DNA of 64,000 bases from Eledone cirrhosa (GCA_964016885.1 OZ024741.1:395126001-395190000), one strand, 5' to 3'. Positions 38,120 to 50,948 are shown, numbered from the stretch's first letter. The notes: generated from the letters alone by a model not told the origin. Numbers and translations: made by a program.

Positions 38120-39680
38120 AACGTTTTTTTAAATATTTACTTGTGCGTCTACAGATTGATTTTTCTCAGTTTCAGAACATCCCGTAATAGGGTGAAAGCA
38201 AACATTCTTTGCTTAAACTTTAATCTGTACTAATAATAACTATTTCCTCTACTAGTTTATATATACTTATATATATATACAATCCTTATCGAGCTCTCTT
38301 CGGATTTTGGTCTTCATAATTATTATTACTTTTTGGCTCCTTCGGTAGAAGACTCTTCAGGCTTTAAACCACTATGCAGAAACAATATCTTAATATTTAT
38401 ACGAAAATTATTCCTGTATCAAGCAGGAAGACATACTTAAAAATACTCATCCAAAAAACAGATTCATTCCTTAAAAGGATGCGTTGGCGTGTCTTCTATT
38501 TTGACCACCAGGATAAAGCTGATAGAAACCAGGACAAGTTTGAATTTAAGACATAAAATAACCCTCCAAGTAACCCAGCTTTGTTACATCTCGAAAATGA
38601 TGTACTTGAAATGATCTGGCATATCAAATTTCGAAAGAGAAGCAACTCATTCCAACAGGATTTCCGACTGATAAAGGATTCTAATACTGCGCATGTCCAC
38701 TCCGATAAAACTGGTAATCTATACCAATTAGAGAGGAGTACCTACCATCAATTGCTACATAATGCAGTGACCCAAGATTACCGGAAAATCGACTGGAGTG
38801 TTATTAAAGACATCAACGATGCTAGTTTAAAAAATCACTTCAGAACTTAATATCCAGGACAGAACCTCTCTACCCTATTTTTCCTCATTATCTCTGAAGG
38901 ATCATAAACCAAATTTCGTTACAACCCATCTATTCAGCTTATTAACCCAACCTAACTCTGGTTTAGGTAGACTTAGTAAAGGAATTTTAGATAGGATTAT
39001 ACAAAAAATTAGAGATATGGCCCCTCTAGCCTGGTAGAATAATTCTTTCGCTGTGATTGATTAGTTCAATGGCATATGTAACAAGGAACATTGCCATTTC
39101 ATTCAATTCAACATCAAATGCTACTATTCTTCCATCACCTTACCACTTCTTAGAGCTATTAATTTCGCCAAAACACTCACAGAAGTTACAGACCTTATTG
39201 GTCTATTTTTACTATGAATTCCCTAACGTAGGCGGAGGTGTGTATCACGATGAAAGTCTTTTGACTATTATTATGTGCAGACCCCTGTGCTATCGATAGG
39301 TTTAGAATGGAGCATATCACTTTCTTTAAAGGCTTCAACTTTTCCATTCAAGTTGAGGCCAACATACCCATCGTGAATTTCCTAGACGTGAAACTCAATA
39401 TGTCGAATGGCCTGCACTACCTGTATAGAAAGCTTAATGATACATTAAATTGCATTAGTAAGCATTCTTACCATCCAGCCAACATAACCAAACACCTGGT
39501 CAAAAACGTTTCAATGAGGCTTTCTCGTTTATCAGGTAATGAGCATATCTTCACCGATCATTCCAGATATTACAATGAAGTTCTGCCTAGGAGCGGATTT
39601 GTAGATAACACTACGTACGAGCAAAAACCTAGGAAAAGTAGATCCCGACCTAATCTATGGTTGGCGTGTTTAGTTGGGTA
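38120..39680 (+). mobile_element. Penelope-like element: 5' pseudo-LTR with HHR-like motif plus disrupted RT ORF
   Basis: pLTR about 38120-38370 (family A). ORF from 38374 reads YTKIIPVSSRKTYLKILIQKTDSFLKRMRW, SDKTGNLY, SLKDHKPNF, LGRLSKGILD, VNFLDVKLN..YRK..SKHSYHP. Confidence 0.85.
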
Positions 39681-40555
39681 GTCTATGATAACTTTGATAC
39701 TCTGGTGGATGGAGTTAGCTATTGCTGGATGCTTTCCATGGTGTTCTTCTCTAATTCCTGACCGTTCTCCTGTGGGGGGTGTTTTCACTGCAATGTTTAT
39801 GTCATCTACGTAGCAGGAGTACATAGTCAGGGTTATAAAATTCTCATCTAAGCGTTCCTTAAGTCTTCTGTCCCATCATACCATAGAGAGGTTAGCTATG
39901 TCACCCCCAATGCTGAAACCCAATGGCTGCCCCCTCCTCTTGGGCACATGTTTTGCCATTAAACTTAAACATTAGGTAGTATGAAGAGTTAGTTTTATAC
40001 TGGCCCTCATCGCATGTGCGATTATTTTCTTTACTTCGTCATGGTTTTCGGGGGTCCATAAGGCTCTGGTTCACCCACTCCATCTTTCTGTGCTGGTCTT
40101 CTTTGCCATTGAGGTAATGGTAGATGGTTTGCCTCTCTCTGGCCTTGTGGGACAGAGGCTGCTAAACTTATGTGTATCTAAGTAATCCTTATCCTGTGCA
40201 AGTCTAAGTAGGAGCTCCTGATCACTGGTATCAATCCCACAGAATTCTACATCACCCTCGCTGATCATCTCTATGTATTTTTCCACAGCACAATCAACGT
40301 CGATGGATGGGTATAGGGACACTACATCCATACTACCTAATGTACAGCTTGTCAAGTCCCCCTGCACTGATAGGAAATGCATTGTCTGCAAATTAAGCCC
40401 ACAAACTAACTGCAAAATTAGGAACGTAGCATATAGCATAAGATGTACTGATGGACAGTGTATGAATAAGAACACAATTTACATAGGTGAGACAGACTAG
40501 CATAGGAGAAAGGGTAAATGAACACTGGTGAGGACTTCAAGATGGGAAAAACTCA
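39680..40555. mobile_element. Second Penelope-like family: inverted RT segment (minus) joined to GIY-YIG segment (plus)
   Basis: Minus strand: GSMDVVSLYPSID, GQPLGFSIG, YVDD. Plus strand from about 40365: CIVC..NCKIRNVAYSIRC..C..IYIGET. Cut off by the RTE at 40556. Confidence 0.75.
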
Positions 40556-43500
40556 ATGAAAGGAAGAACAGGTGAAATTGTTAGAGCGAAAGGGAATTGA
40601 TGTATTCTGTGTGCAAGAGGCTTGATGGAGGGGAGAGTTAACTAGACTCCTTGTAGGCAAAAAACAGTGCTATAAATTTTTCTGGGTGGGAAATGCAATG
40701 GGGTGGGTAGAGTAGGTATTTTATTAACTGATAAATGGGTAGACAAGTAAATTTCTGTGAACGCGAGAATCAATTAAACTCAGACTAGTCCTCAATAAAA
40801 CAATAGCTACAATTATATCCGCATACGCACCCCAATCTGGGTTGTCAGACAAACTCTAACGAATGACAATGACTCCCTACTCATTGCAGGGGACTTTAAC
40901 AGACACGTTGAGAAACACAGGGAGGGCTTGTATAGAGTCCTTGGAGGCTACAGTTTTGGCGCCAATGACCTGTTGATATGTAACACAAACTTCAAAAACC
41001 CGACAACCACCGGATCTGAGGAGCATTCTAGTCATATAGATTTTATCCTTACCAGAGGACGAGATAGATGGACGGTTGTAAACAGTAAAGCCTTCTCTGG
41101 CAAGGAATGTACCTCCCAACACAGCCTAGAAGTCAGCTACCTCACTGTCAGAGCTAGACGAACTTTGAAACAGAAAGCAACCTTGAGAAGAAAGATCTGG
41201 AAGCTGAAAGATCCCTCAGCCAGTAAAAGATTTAAAGATATTTTACTTGATGTCTATGACAGTAGAGAAGAACAGATACAGACATTCAGTATAGAAGAGC
41301 ACTGGGAGTTCCTAAAAAATAACTTACTAAAGGTGACAAACGAGATCTATGGAGGGAGAAGACTACAGGGGAAAGAGGGCGACTTGGTAGTGGAACAATA
41401 AGGTAGATGTGACAATTAAGGCCAAGAAACAGGCATGAAAACAATGGAAGAACAGGGGAAGCAGGGTACACTACATAGAGACCAGGAGGGAAGCTAGATA
41501 ATAAGCATACTTAACAAGAAGAGAAGAGGAGGATAAAACATTCAAGCATGTTTTGCAGCATGAGGATCAAAAACAGGAGGTGTTCAGGATTGCGAGGCAG
41601 TGTGTTAGAGAAAATTGCGATGTCATTGGTGAGAAGTGTGTCGGGGATGATAAAGGTGCACTTGCCCTGACAGGTGCTGAGAAGAAGGCTGCGTGGAAGA
41701 GCCATTATGAAAGATGAATGAATGAAGGGAATGCATGGGAGAAAGAGACCCTACCCCAAGTGGATACTATAGAGGGCCCAGCAATTTAGTTAGTGAGGCA
41801 ATTAAAGATATGAAGATTGGGAAGGCAACTGGGCCATCAGGTATAGCTGTCGAGATGCTGAGAGCATCTGGGTTGATAGGTCACACCATAACTACACGTA
41901 TTGTAAACCAATTAATACTAGATGGTGTCATACCAAATGATTGGTGCAGCAGTATCATTGTCAATTGCTACAAAGGTAAAGGAGATTCACTAGATAGAGG
42001 AAACTATAGAGGTATAAAACTGATGGACCAGGTGATGGAAGTAACAGAAAGAGTCATAGCACAGTTAATTAGGGACAGGGTAAATCTGGATGAGATAGAT
42101 ATGTACCAGGCAAAAGCACCACTGATGCTCTCTTCCTTGTGAGGCAGTTACAGGAAAAGTACCTAGCTAAAAGCAAGCCGCTCTGCCTGGCATTTGTTTA
42201 TCTGGAGAATGCTTTTGACAGAGTTCCACGTGCCATAATCTTTTGGGCTCTTAGAAAACTAGAGTGTATAAGCCATGTATAGAGGAGCAGTCAGTAGAGT
42301 TAGGATTAACAATGATTTTAGCGAAGAATTTAGCATATAGATTGGGGTCCACAAGGACTCTGTTCTTAGCCCCCTCTTGTTTATGATCGTTTTTCAGGCT
42401 ATAATGGAGGAGTTTAAGACCGGCTGCCCATGGGAACTCTTGTATATGGATGACCTTACACTCATAGTTGAATCTATGGTAGAACTAGAGAAGAAATTCC
42501 AAACATGGAAGCTGGGCCTAGAAAGAAGGGGTCTTAAAGTCAACCTGACAAAAACTAAGGTCCTAGTAAGTAGAAGAGAAAACAGAACCCATACCCCCCT
42601 TCGGGGAAATGACCTTGTTCAGTATGTAAGAAAGGTGTAGGTAGAAACTCCATTCTCTGTCCCATGTGCAAACTATGGGTGCACAAGAGATGTAGTGGGA
42701 TCTCAGGAAGTTTAGCTAAGAATGTAGGCATTACATATAGCATTGGAAAAGTAAGCAGCAAACGACCGCAGGAAACAAGCGCTACCAAATTAACAGCGGG
42801 GGTGAGTGTTCTGAAAGTACAGTAACAAAAGTAAGAATGGGATGGAAGAAGTTCAGGGAGCCACTGCCACTGCTAGCTACAAAAGGCTTTCCCCTCAAAA
42901 TGAATGACAGACTGTATGATGCGTGCATACGAACAGCAATGTTGCATGGTAGTGAGGCATGGGCGCTGCATGCAGAGGACTTATGAAGACTGGAAAGAAA
43001 TGAAGCTTGCATGCTCCGATGGATGTGTAATAGTAATATATGCAAACGGCAAAGCATAAACGAATTGAGAGAGAGACTAAGCATAAGAGGAATCAAATGT
43101 TGTGTGTAGAAGAGGAGATTACGTTGGCATGGACATGTGATGCATATGAAGGATGACAGTTGCATAAAAAGGTGCAGAGCACTCAAAGTCGATGGAAGCC
43201 TTGGAGTGGGGAGACACAAGAAGACTTAGGATGAGGTGATAAAAGCCGACCTTGCCCAATTGCACTTCAAGGTGATGACACAGGACCGAGATCTCTGGTG
43301 TAACGCAAAGATACAGAAGACCCGTCTTCCCTCGGGCACAGGCCGAAGCTGAAGTATATATACAGTATGCTCTATGCCATCCCACCCTCCCACTGTAAAT
43401 TTGTTGAGTAAGTGTCACGACAAAAAGCACCCAGTCCAGTCTGTAAAGTCGTCCTGTAGGCGTCACGAAAAAAAATCACCCAGTACTCATTATAAATGAG

Positions 43501-43637
43501 GTTGGCGTTAGGAAAGGCATCCAGCTGTAGAAACCAAGCCAAAGCATGGTCACCTGACCTAACATTGCCCACAACAGGACAACTTGTCTGACCCATGCTA
43601 GCGTAGAAGAATGGACGTAAAACGGTGATGATGATGA
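40556..43637 (+). mobile_element. RTE-clade LINE, near full-length ORF2 (APE+RT), disrupted
   Basis: VFCVQE, IISAYAPQ, IDFILTR, GKATGPSG, NYRGIKL, LLYMDDL. Tail GGTGATGATGATGA before (TA)n. Confidence 0.92.
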
Positions 43638-43642
43638 CAACG

Positions 43643-43714
<72 letters not shown>

Positions 43715-43732
43715 CAAGTTTGAAGAATTATT

Positions 43733-44257
43733 AGATAAAATATATCCAGTCTTTCCTCACCTTAGTCCGTAGAAATCAACTAGATAAATAATCATTTAAA
43801 CGGGGCTATAAGTTTAAAATGTAACTATGAAGAAATAATAGATAAATGATACAGACTATTTTCAGCGAGGAACAGTCAGATAACAGTCAGCCTACCTGTC
43901 GCCTGGCCACCTTCTACTTTGACCACTAGCCACGTGATGATTCTTAGCCATTTTTGAATTCATTTCTAGTGGTGATCACTGTAGAAATTTTAGTCCAAAC
44001 CTGAGGGTTCTCTTGATAAGCTCGAAGCCTCATGGATAATACCAGGATCGGATATATCCACAAAGTGCGAGCGAAACTGTCGACAGTCGGGACTAGAGGA
44101 ATTTTGGTAAAGTTTATATGCATTTTTTCTTCTAACTTATATTTTAGACTTAGCTCCGTTTAATTGATTATTTGTCTAGTTAGTTTCTACGGGCTAAAAA
44201 AAATGACTAGATAAATTTTATCTGACTGCTCCTCGCTGAAAATAGTCTGTATCATTT
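43733..44257. mobile_element. Non-coding element with interleaved inverted repeats (A-B...A'-B')
   Basis: A 43733-43824 is the reverse complement of A' 44137-44223. B 43844-43883 is the reverse complement of B' 44218-44257. Confidence 0.65.
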
Positions 44258-44459
44258 GCTTCACAAAATTATTTGTCGTCTTCTCCTCCGTTTGTAAATG
44301 TGATATGAGATAATTTTAATGTGAGAAAATGTTCATCTACCAACAGATCACACTTCAGGCTTGATACCCCTCTCCTCTAGACATAATTGTTTCTACTTTA
44401 GGCACAAGGCCAGCATAATGTCTCCCCATTAGTAACAGCCTGGCGACAAACCTGTTATG

Positions 44460-47050
44460 ATATTGGTTACTTGAGAAACATGACTAAATAATAAAACCCT
44501 CAAATATTGAGATATTTAAAATTCATTTGCAAATCAGTTCAATTATTCGTTTCTTTTTGGCAAATTCATAGATCACTTTGCTATAAAATGTATCAGCACC
44601 ATGCTCTACCTTCATCTTCTTCAAAAGGTCTTTTTCATGGAAATGAAGACCAAATTGCTCATTTTGAGAACACCTTATATAATTATTTACTCGCTTTAAT
44701 GAAGAAAACATGAAGCAGATGTGGCAGGTATGGTCAGAATCAAGCATAATAATTGTGTTACTTCTGCCAGAGCTTGATTTATTTCAAGTTCCCGTATTAT
44801 GTCTGCGATTTCTTGCATGTTGAATGCTTGCTTTGCAAAATCTGCAGCATAAACTGATTTCAGCTTGCATTTTGGTCTATCCAAATCCAATATGTTTATA
44901 TAGACACCCAATGGTGAAAACACTTCCATCAGAAATTTTCTTTCGGAAGCATGAAAAAGCTTCAGATTCAACAAATCCACAAATCTGAACTCTCGCATTG
45001 TTTTAAATCTTTGCTCAATGTGGACAATAACTTCACCCAAAATGTTGTTAAACAAAGTTTTTAAAACAGCTTCTGGTTCTTGATATCGACCACGCTTCTC
45101 TGGTGGTTCAGCAACACCATCCAGAACCCGGCAGTAAAATCCCCCAAACTTGTTTTAGATATCAATCGTTTCTGGAAGTTTTCAACCTCACGAATGCACC
45201 TCAAAATATCAAGTGAACGTTTTTGAAGAATCAAAAACAGAATTTTTGCGCCATTCAATATGGTTTCAAAAACAACTAACAAAAATTAAAACTGAAAAAT
45301 CTTCTAGGATTGCAACAAATCTCCTTGCCTGTGCATTCCAATCCTCCGGATTTTCTAATATCGTTGAAAATAGCCCAGGAAACTAATTTTATCGGATAAA
45401 ATAGATACCTGTTGAGATGAATAATTCCAACGTGTCTCAGGTAATTTTGGAAATCGCCTTCCAACAATTTCACCCAATAGAGCTATTCGAACCGTTGACT
45501 TTGAGAAAAAAGTTGAAATTCCTTTTAAAGTTTGGAAGAAAATTCGATATTCATGAATATTTGAAGTTAATTAATGCGCATAACAATGAAAAAACATGAC
45601 GTTCGCACCAAAAATCTCCTTTCAGTATATCACGCTCGCTCCATCGTAAGTTTATGAAAGGAATTTTTTACCACAATTGAATTCATTAACAAATTTCTGA
45701 ACTTCTTCTGCCGGCGATGCAGCTCTTCTATGTTTACTGACATCGACATATCCCAAAAACCTTTCTTGTGGCTTTTCTTTTTCATCAATAAATTGCAAAA
45801 CACGTGACAATTGAGATTTCACTCGCAGATCTGTAGTCTCATCAAACATAACAACATGATGTTTTTTCGATCATTACCTAAATTTCATATTCAATTGTAG
45901 CAGCTATACAATTAATAATCTTATTTTGAATATCACTTGAAAGTCTAGAAAATGTGCAATTAGCATTTTTCTTCACGAAATCTAAATGCGATCTTAAACA
46001 TTTGTAGCAAGAGTTGCCTCCCTTATCACCAGTAGCGCTCTCTAGACAGGAAGTAGCTGGAGTTACTTCCCGTTGAGGTGGCAGAACCTTTTTTGTCACT
46101 TCCGTCCTGGGACCCTATAAAGGAGAGAGCTTTCAGCTCTCTCCCTATCTTCTAACCTGCCTGGCCCTTCGGCCAGGCGCGTTCGCCGAGGCTATACTCT
46201 CTAGCAATCTGAACATGGTAATGTAAAGACCACTTGGTCTCTTGCGAGATGACTTCAAAACGGTAATACAACTAACTTTAATCCATTCTTCCATCTCTCT
46301 TGGCATGTCAACTATTCTGCTCTACATAACTCAACCTTGTTAAATAAATATTGTACATACAACCGAGTGTCTTTTTATGTTCATACAACCCAGTGTTCTG
46401 TTATACATTCATCGTAGTCCACTACTGCTTCACATATAGCCAGAAAATTACCTTATTTGATCCTTGTTTCATCGTGTCCTCGAAATGAATATTCTTGACA
46501 GGTCAAAATTTCAACACAATGAATTAACCTTTTCAATATATTACAATTTTTTTCAACTGATCTATTATGCAACTGAATCGAAGCTGCTTTCCAGTGATCG
46601 ATCTCTGTATCAATTCGTTGTTGGCTAAAGGTTTTCAGAGCAATTATAGAATTCACATGGTTCTGAGATTTTTTGTGTCTTGTCAAAGCTGTAATCAAAT
46701 TGTTCAAATCTCAGTAGCCGGTTGTTGTCCATGTATTCTTAAGTTGACAAAATAACAAACATCGGAAACAGAACACTTTGTTCAGAATGGGACATCCTGC
46801 CATCCACTCATACTGTTTGTAATAATTGAAATCAAAATAACGATAACATTCCTTGCTACCCACTTTGGGATTAGTTTTCAGTTCAAACTTCGGTTTTTCT
46901 CTTCCGAGAATAATAATATCCTTCTTCTGTTCGAAGCTTCTCATTGAAAAAGATGGGGAAAGTTGAGAGGAAAGTGAGCTAATTGACTCTTTCGCCATCA
47001 TGTGGGTGAATGAAAATGTGAAAAATGTTACAGGGATATAATTTTTTTAA
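44460..47050 (-). mobile_element. hAT-superfamily transposase fossil (TTF-type zinc finger, DUF4371-like region, dimerization domain)
   Basis: EWMAGCPILNKVFCFRCLLF, LTRHKKSQNH, SFRGHDE..GNF, SSDIQN, MFDETTD..QLS, ERFLGY, ETRWNY, LILTIPATSAS. Confidence 0.88.
46003..46405 (+). mobile_element. Solo LTR inserted in the hAT transposase
   Basis: Starts TGTAGCA and ends TGTTATA, flanked by CATT on both sides. TATA-like CCTATAAAGG and AATAAA are present. Removing it restores the hAT frame DYDECLRSHL. Confidence 0.8.
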
Positions 47051-47861
47051 TGAACCAAAGCTTTAGCAAAAACAAAAAGAAAAAAAATTGGTGCGAGTTT
47101 ACTTTTTTATGTCATTAAAAGAAAATAATTTGATATATTTAAAATTAAATTTTAAAGCATTTGAAGGAATAAATGCATGAAAACTTTAGCTTTTTAATCA
47201 CAAAAATTTCAACGGTTACTCCTTTACACTTGAAGTGTGAACTGGTCAAGAAAAAATTCTGGGTAGTGGTCACATGACTGAATCCCGGGCTTAAAAAAGT
47301 AAAAAGAAAGGTCACCAAACGTCCTGTATATAATCTACAGTACCAAATGAACCAGAATTAACAACGATTCTAAATCTGCCTGAAAAAGCAAGCCTTTGAT
47401 CTCAGCCGCAGAGACTTACAGCATGCAAAATAAATTCTGGTTTCCTACCATCTCTGACTTAAGCTCCCTCGCCCACTGATGATATAGGATATGTAACTTT
47501 CTTTAGGATCTGTCGGGCGAGGTGAATGATAGAAAGAAAGAAAAAATAAAGCGTGGAATAGATTAAAAAATGTAGGTAGTGTGTTTGTGTATATAGGTGT
47601 GTGTGTATGTGTATCTGCAAGCAAAGTAACTGTTGCATACTTATTTATTTCAAAGTCGAGATGGATAAAAGAAAGAGTGGAATAGATGATGTGTTTGTGA
47701 GTGAGTATATGTGATGTATTCATTCATATATGCATCGCTATTTCAGAGCACCAATCCTAATACCTAATTTTTGCTGGACCGGCAATCGCTCTGTATAATC
47801 AGCTCCTGATTATTACTGGAATTTTATAAGAATCCAGCTTCTATAAATTTCGGTGGAAGCA

Positions 47862-47922
47862 GGAGAGTACGTGGCTCTGATGAACGCCAACCAGCGTGAA
47901 ACAGACTGTCAGCTGCTCTCCC
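47862..47922 (+). ncRNA. Canonical full-length type I hammerhead ribozyme
   Basis: GGAGAG-tac-GTGGCT CTGATGA ACGC-CAACCA-GCGT GAAA CA-GAC-TG TC^AGCTGC-TCTCC. The core is fully conserved, with GUC cleavage after 47910 and a bulged, extended stem I. Confidence 0.85.
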
Positions 47923-49489
47923 TTCTTTCGCCGAAAAGAAGTAAGTGACATAGTCACTACTTTAAAACTGATAGCGTATGGTCTTCTAAATGTTTTTAAT
48001 TAAACATACGGTATATTGCCAAATATACTATACATACATTCATATATATATAATATTCAAAATATTAATAAATGAGAAATATTTTCATAACCAAAGTATA
48101 TATTTTATTATACATATTTCAAGGGTACAGTGGTTTTTGAGTACGCTTCCATCAGATAAAACACAAGAGATTGGTTATTCAACATACCCCTAAGGTCTTG
48201 AACCTTCAATCCCTGTAGTGGTAGTAAAGTTACTTCCTCAACACTCAACATTTATATACCACAAATAATATGGTAACTTAGAGAAGACGTAAAATAACAA
48301 AGAAATATAAAAGGGGAGTTGAAAAGGAAGATGTGGAGAGAAAAAGGAGAGAGAGAGAAAAAGAAAAGAAGAGGATAAAAAAACAACCCTAGACAGAAAT
48401 TCAAAAATTAATCTTATTAGTTATCAATGAATGCCGCTTGCATTGGATTACGCTTTAATTAATTTATAGGTTTATAATATATCTAGATTATTGAGCATAG
48501 ATTAATTTCTACGGCAATCGAATATTTGAATTCTTACCTATTTATATGCTTAAATTATTTCCTTTGAGGTTATGACACTGTTTTATTATAAGGTGAGATA
48601 TTGTTAGATATTCTATGTAGCTTTATAACGTCTGTTTAAACACTTTATCTTTAATGTCTATTAAATATGCATATATCCACATTAATATATAATATATTTT
48701 ATTCATTTATCTTCTAAATTAATTCAAAATTCCACTTTAATTATTCATTCATTTAAAAAAAATCTACATGTGGTTATGTTTACTCTCCGTAAACTTTATT
48801 TCACTTACTGAAGGGTTATAATTATAATTACTTCTATACTTAATTATTCTAATATATAGAGTTTAAGTTTAATGATAGTCTATGTACTATTAATTATTAT
48901 TTGTATTAATCTATGTTTTATATATATATATTTTGTAAGCTGATATGAAATGGTTTACGGACAATATAAACAAAAGGGAGATAAGTCTTTTACCAATGTA
49001 AAAAATTTTTCTCACGGAGAATATCTTCTCTCTCATCAAACAATTTAAAAAATTCTTCAACATATCTAATCTTTATATCTTAATTAAGGTCTAATTAAAT
49101 AGTGAACTATCCAGATATTTCATAGGATAAGATACTCTCAATGAGGTTATGCTCTTATAGATAGATATATATAATTTGTACTTCAATTAGGCAAATCTGT
49201 ATATATTCAAGGTGTTATTTGACCGTATTTTTTTGGAACTGGTACATTGCCTGGAAAGTCTTTACGATTTTATGAAGACAAGAACTAAATATTTCATTCT
49301 TTTTGTTAATTATTTTGTCATGGTTGGTGATTATGTGAAAGATTTCTTCGTTGCAGAGATGGCAAAATCCGGAGATTGTAGAGTTCTGGTAAGCGATATC
49401 AACCTTAATTTCTCCAAGAGAATGTAAGTTGGAAGATCACTAATGAAGGACTAATTTTATTCATATGTAACCCATGTGCAACCACGCAG

Positions 49490-49607
<118 letters not shown>

Positions 49608-49939
49608 AAGTTTTCGCTCGCACATAGCTGAATAGATATAAGTCTGTGAATTTTGTATATCGAATGATATATGATATGTTTATGAATAAACATATTGAAA
49701 GCCTATTAGCAATACATTTTGAAAGCTGACAACGCGTTTCTGGCTTATGACAGTCACAAAATTCACATACTTATATGTATACACTATGTCGGAGCGAATA
49801 CTTTACGTCTATTTTCAGGCTGAGCTGGCTTGACAGCTCCATATGAAAATGAGGCTAATCAGCCCATCTACATAGGTGAAAAAACTATATATTTTCGCCT
49901 GTATCAAATCCCACGAGAGAGCAGGGTGGGTTGCTTCTG

Positions 49940-50526
49940 ATATCTAGGTGATCAAATTAGCAAGGGAGGGAGATGCTCCGATGCCATAGTATCTAGAATA
50001 AGGACCGGATGGAGCTGCGTTAGGGAGCTGCTTTCTCTGTTGACAAAGAAGGGTTTCTCCATACGAACGAAAGGTATGATGCCTGTGTGAGATGCGCGAT
50101 GCTGCATGGTAGTGAGACATGGGCAGCAACTACGGAGGAGATGCGAAGGCTGGAGAGAAATGAAGCAAGCATGCTCCGATGGATGTGCAATGTTAATGTG
50201 TGTGAACGACCAAGCATGGATGAGTTAAGAGTATAACTGTGTATAATAGGAATAAACTGTAGTGTGCGGGAGAGAAGACTGCGTCGGTATGGCCATGTGA
50301 TGTGCATGGATGATGACCGGTGGATGGATAAGTGCCATGTAATATCAGTGGAAGGAAAATGCAGTAGAGGAAGACCATGAAAAACATGGGCGGAGATGGT
50401 AAGAGCTGACCTAAGATCGCTGAATTTCATGGAGGAGATGACGGGGAACCGTGACGAATGGAGAAATGCTGTGCTGAAGAGGACAGGTCCCACCCTTGCA
50501 ATCAGGGAAAAGCGGACGTAAAATGA

Positions 50527-50530
<4 letters not shown>
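49940..50530 (+). mobile_element. RTE-clade LINE 3' fragment
   Basis: YLGDQISKGG..AMLHGSETWA..RLERNEASMLRWMC..YGHV. Tail AAATGATGAT into (TA)n. Confidence 0.85.
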
Positions 50531-50570
<40 letters not shown>

Positions 50571-50577
<7 letters not shown>

Positions 50578-50948
50578 TAAGAGGAATTCCAACTTTGTCT
50601 GATTTACTCGTTTTATTTACAATCCTTTAAAATTTATAAAGGTATTATAATGAAATAGTATGATAGAATATTAAATTCTAAGTGTTAATTGAACAAGTAC
50701 TTTCATGCTTTCGCAATCTTCAGGTTCATAATATGTGGTGACAGTCAAGTTTGCAATTTAAATTGCAAACTTGACTGTCACCACATATTATGAACCTGAA
50801 GATTGCGAAAGCATGAAAGTACTTGTTCAATTAACACTTAGAATTTAATATTCTATCATACTATTTCATTATAATACCATTATAAATTTTAAAGGATTGT
50901 AAATAAAACGAGTAAATTAGACAAAGTTGGAATTCCTCTTATTAATAT
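50571..50948. repeat. Spacer-less 378-bp palindrome carrying two mirror-image HHRs
   Basis: Centre GCAATTT|AAATTGC at 50759/50760. Only two mismatches were seen between the 189-bp arms. Abuts (TA)n. Confidence 0.95.
50791..50829 (+). ncRNA. Minimal type I hammerhead motif (mirror copy at 50690-50728 on minus)
   Basis: TGAAC CTGAAGA T-TGC-GAAA-GCA-T GAAA GTAC TT^GTTCA. Stem I TGAAC/GTTCA; palindromic AGTACT stem III typical of PLE minimal HHRs. Confidence 0.75.

Noticed and set aside
48400-49450. Possible AT-drifted Penelope C-terminus on minus
   Set aside because: Only faint motif resemblance; too degraded to call without an HMM search.
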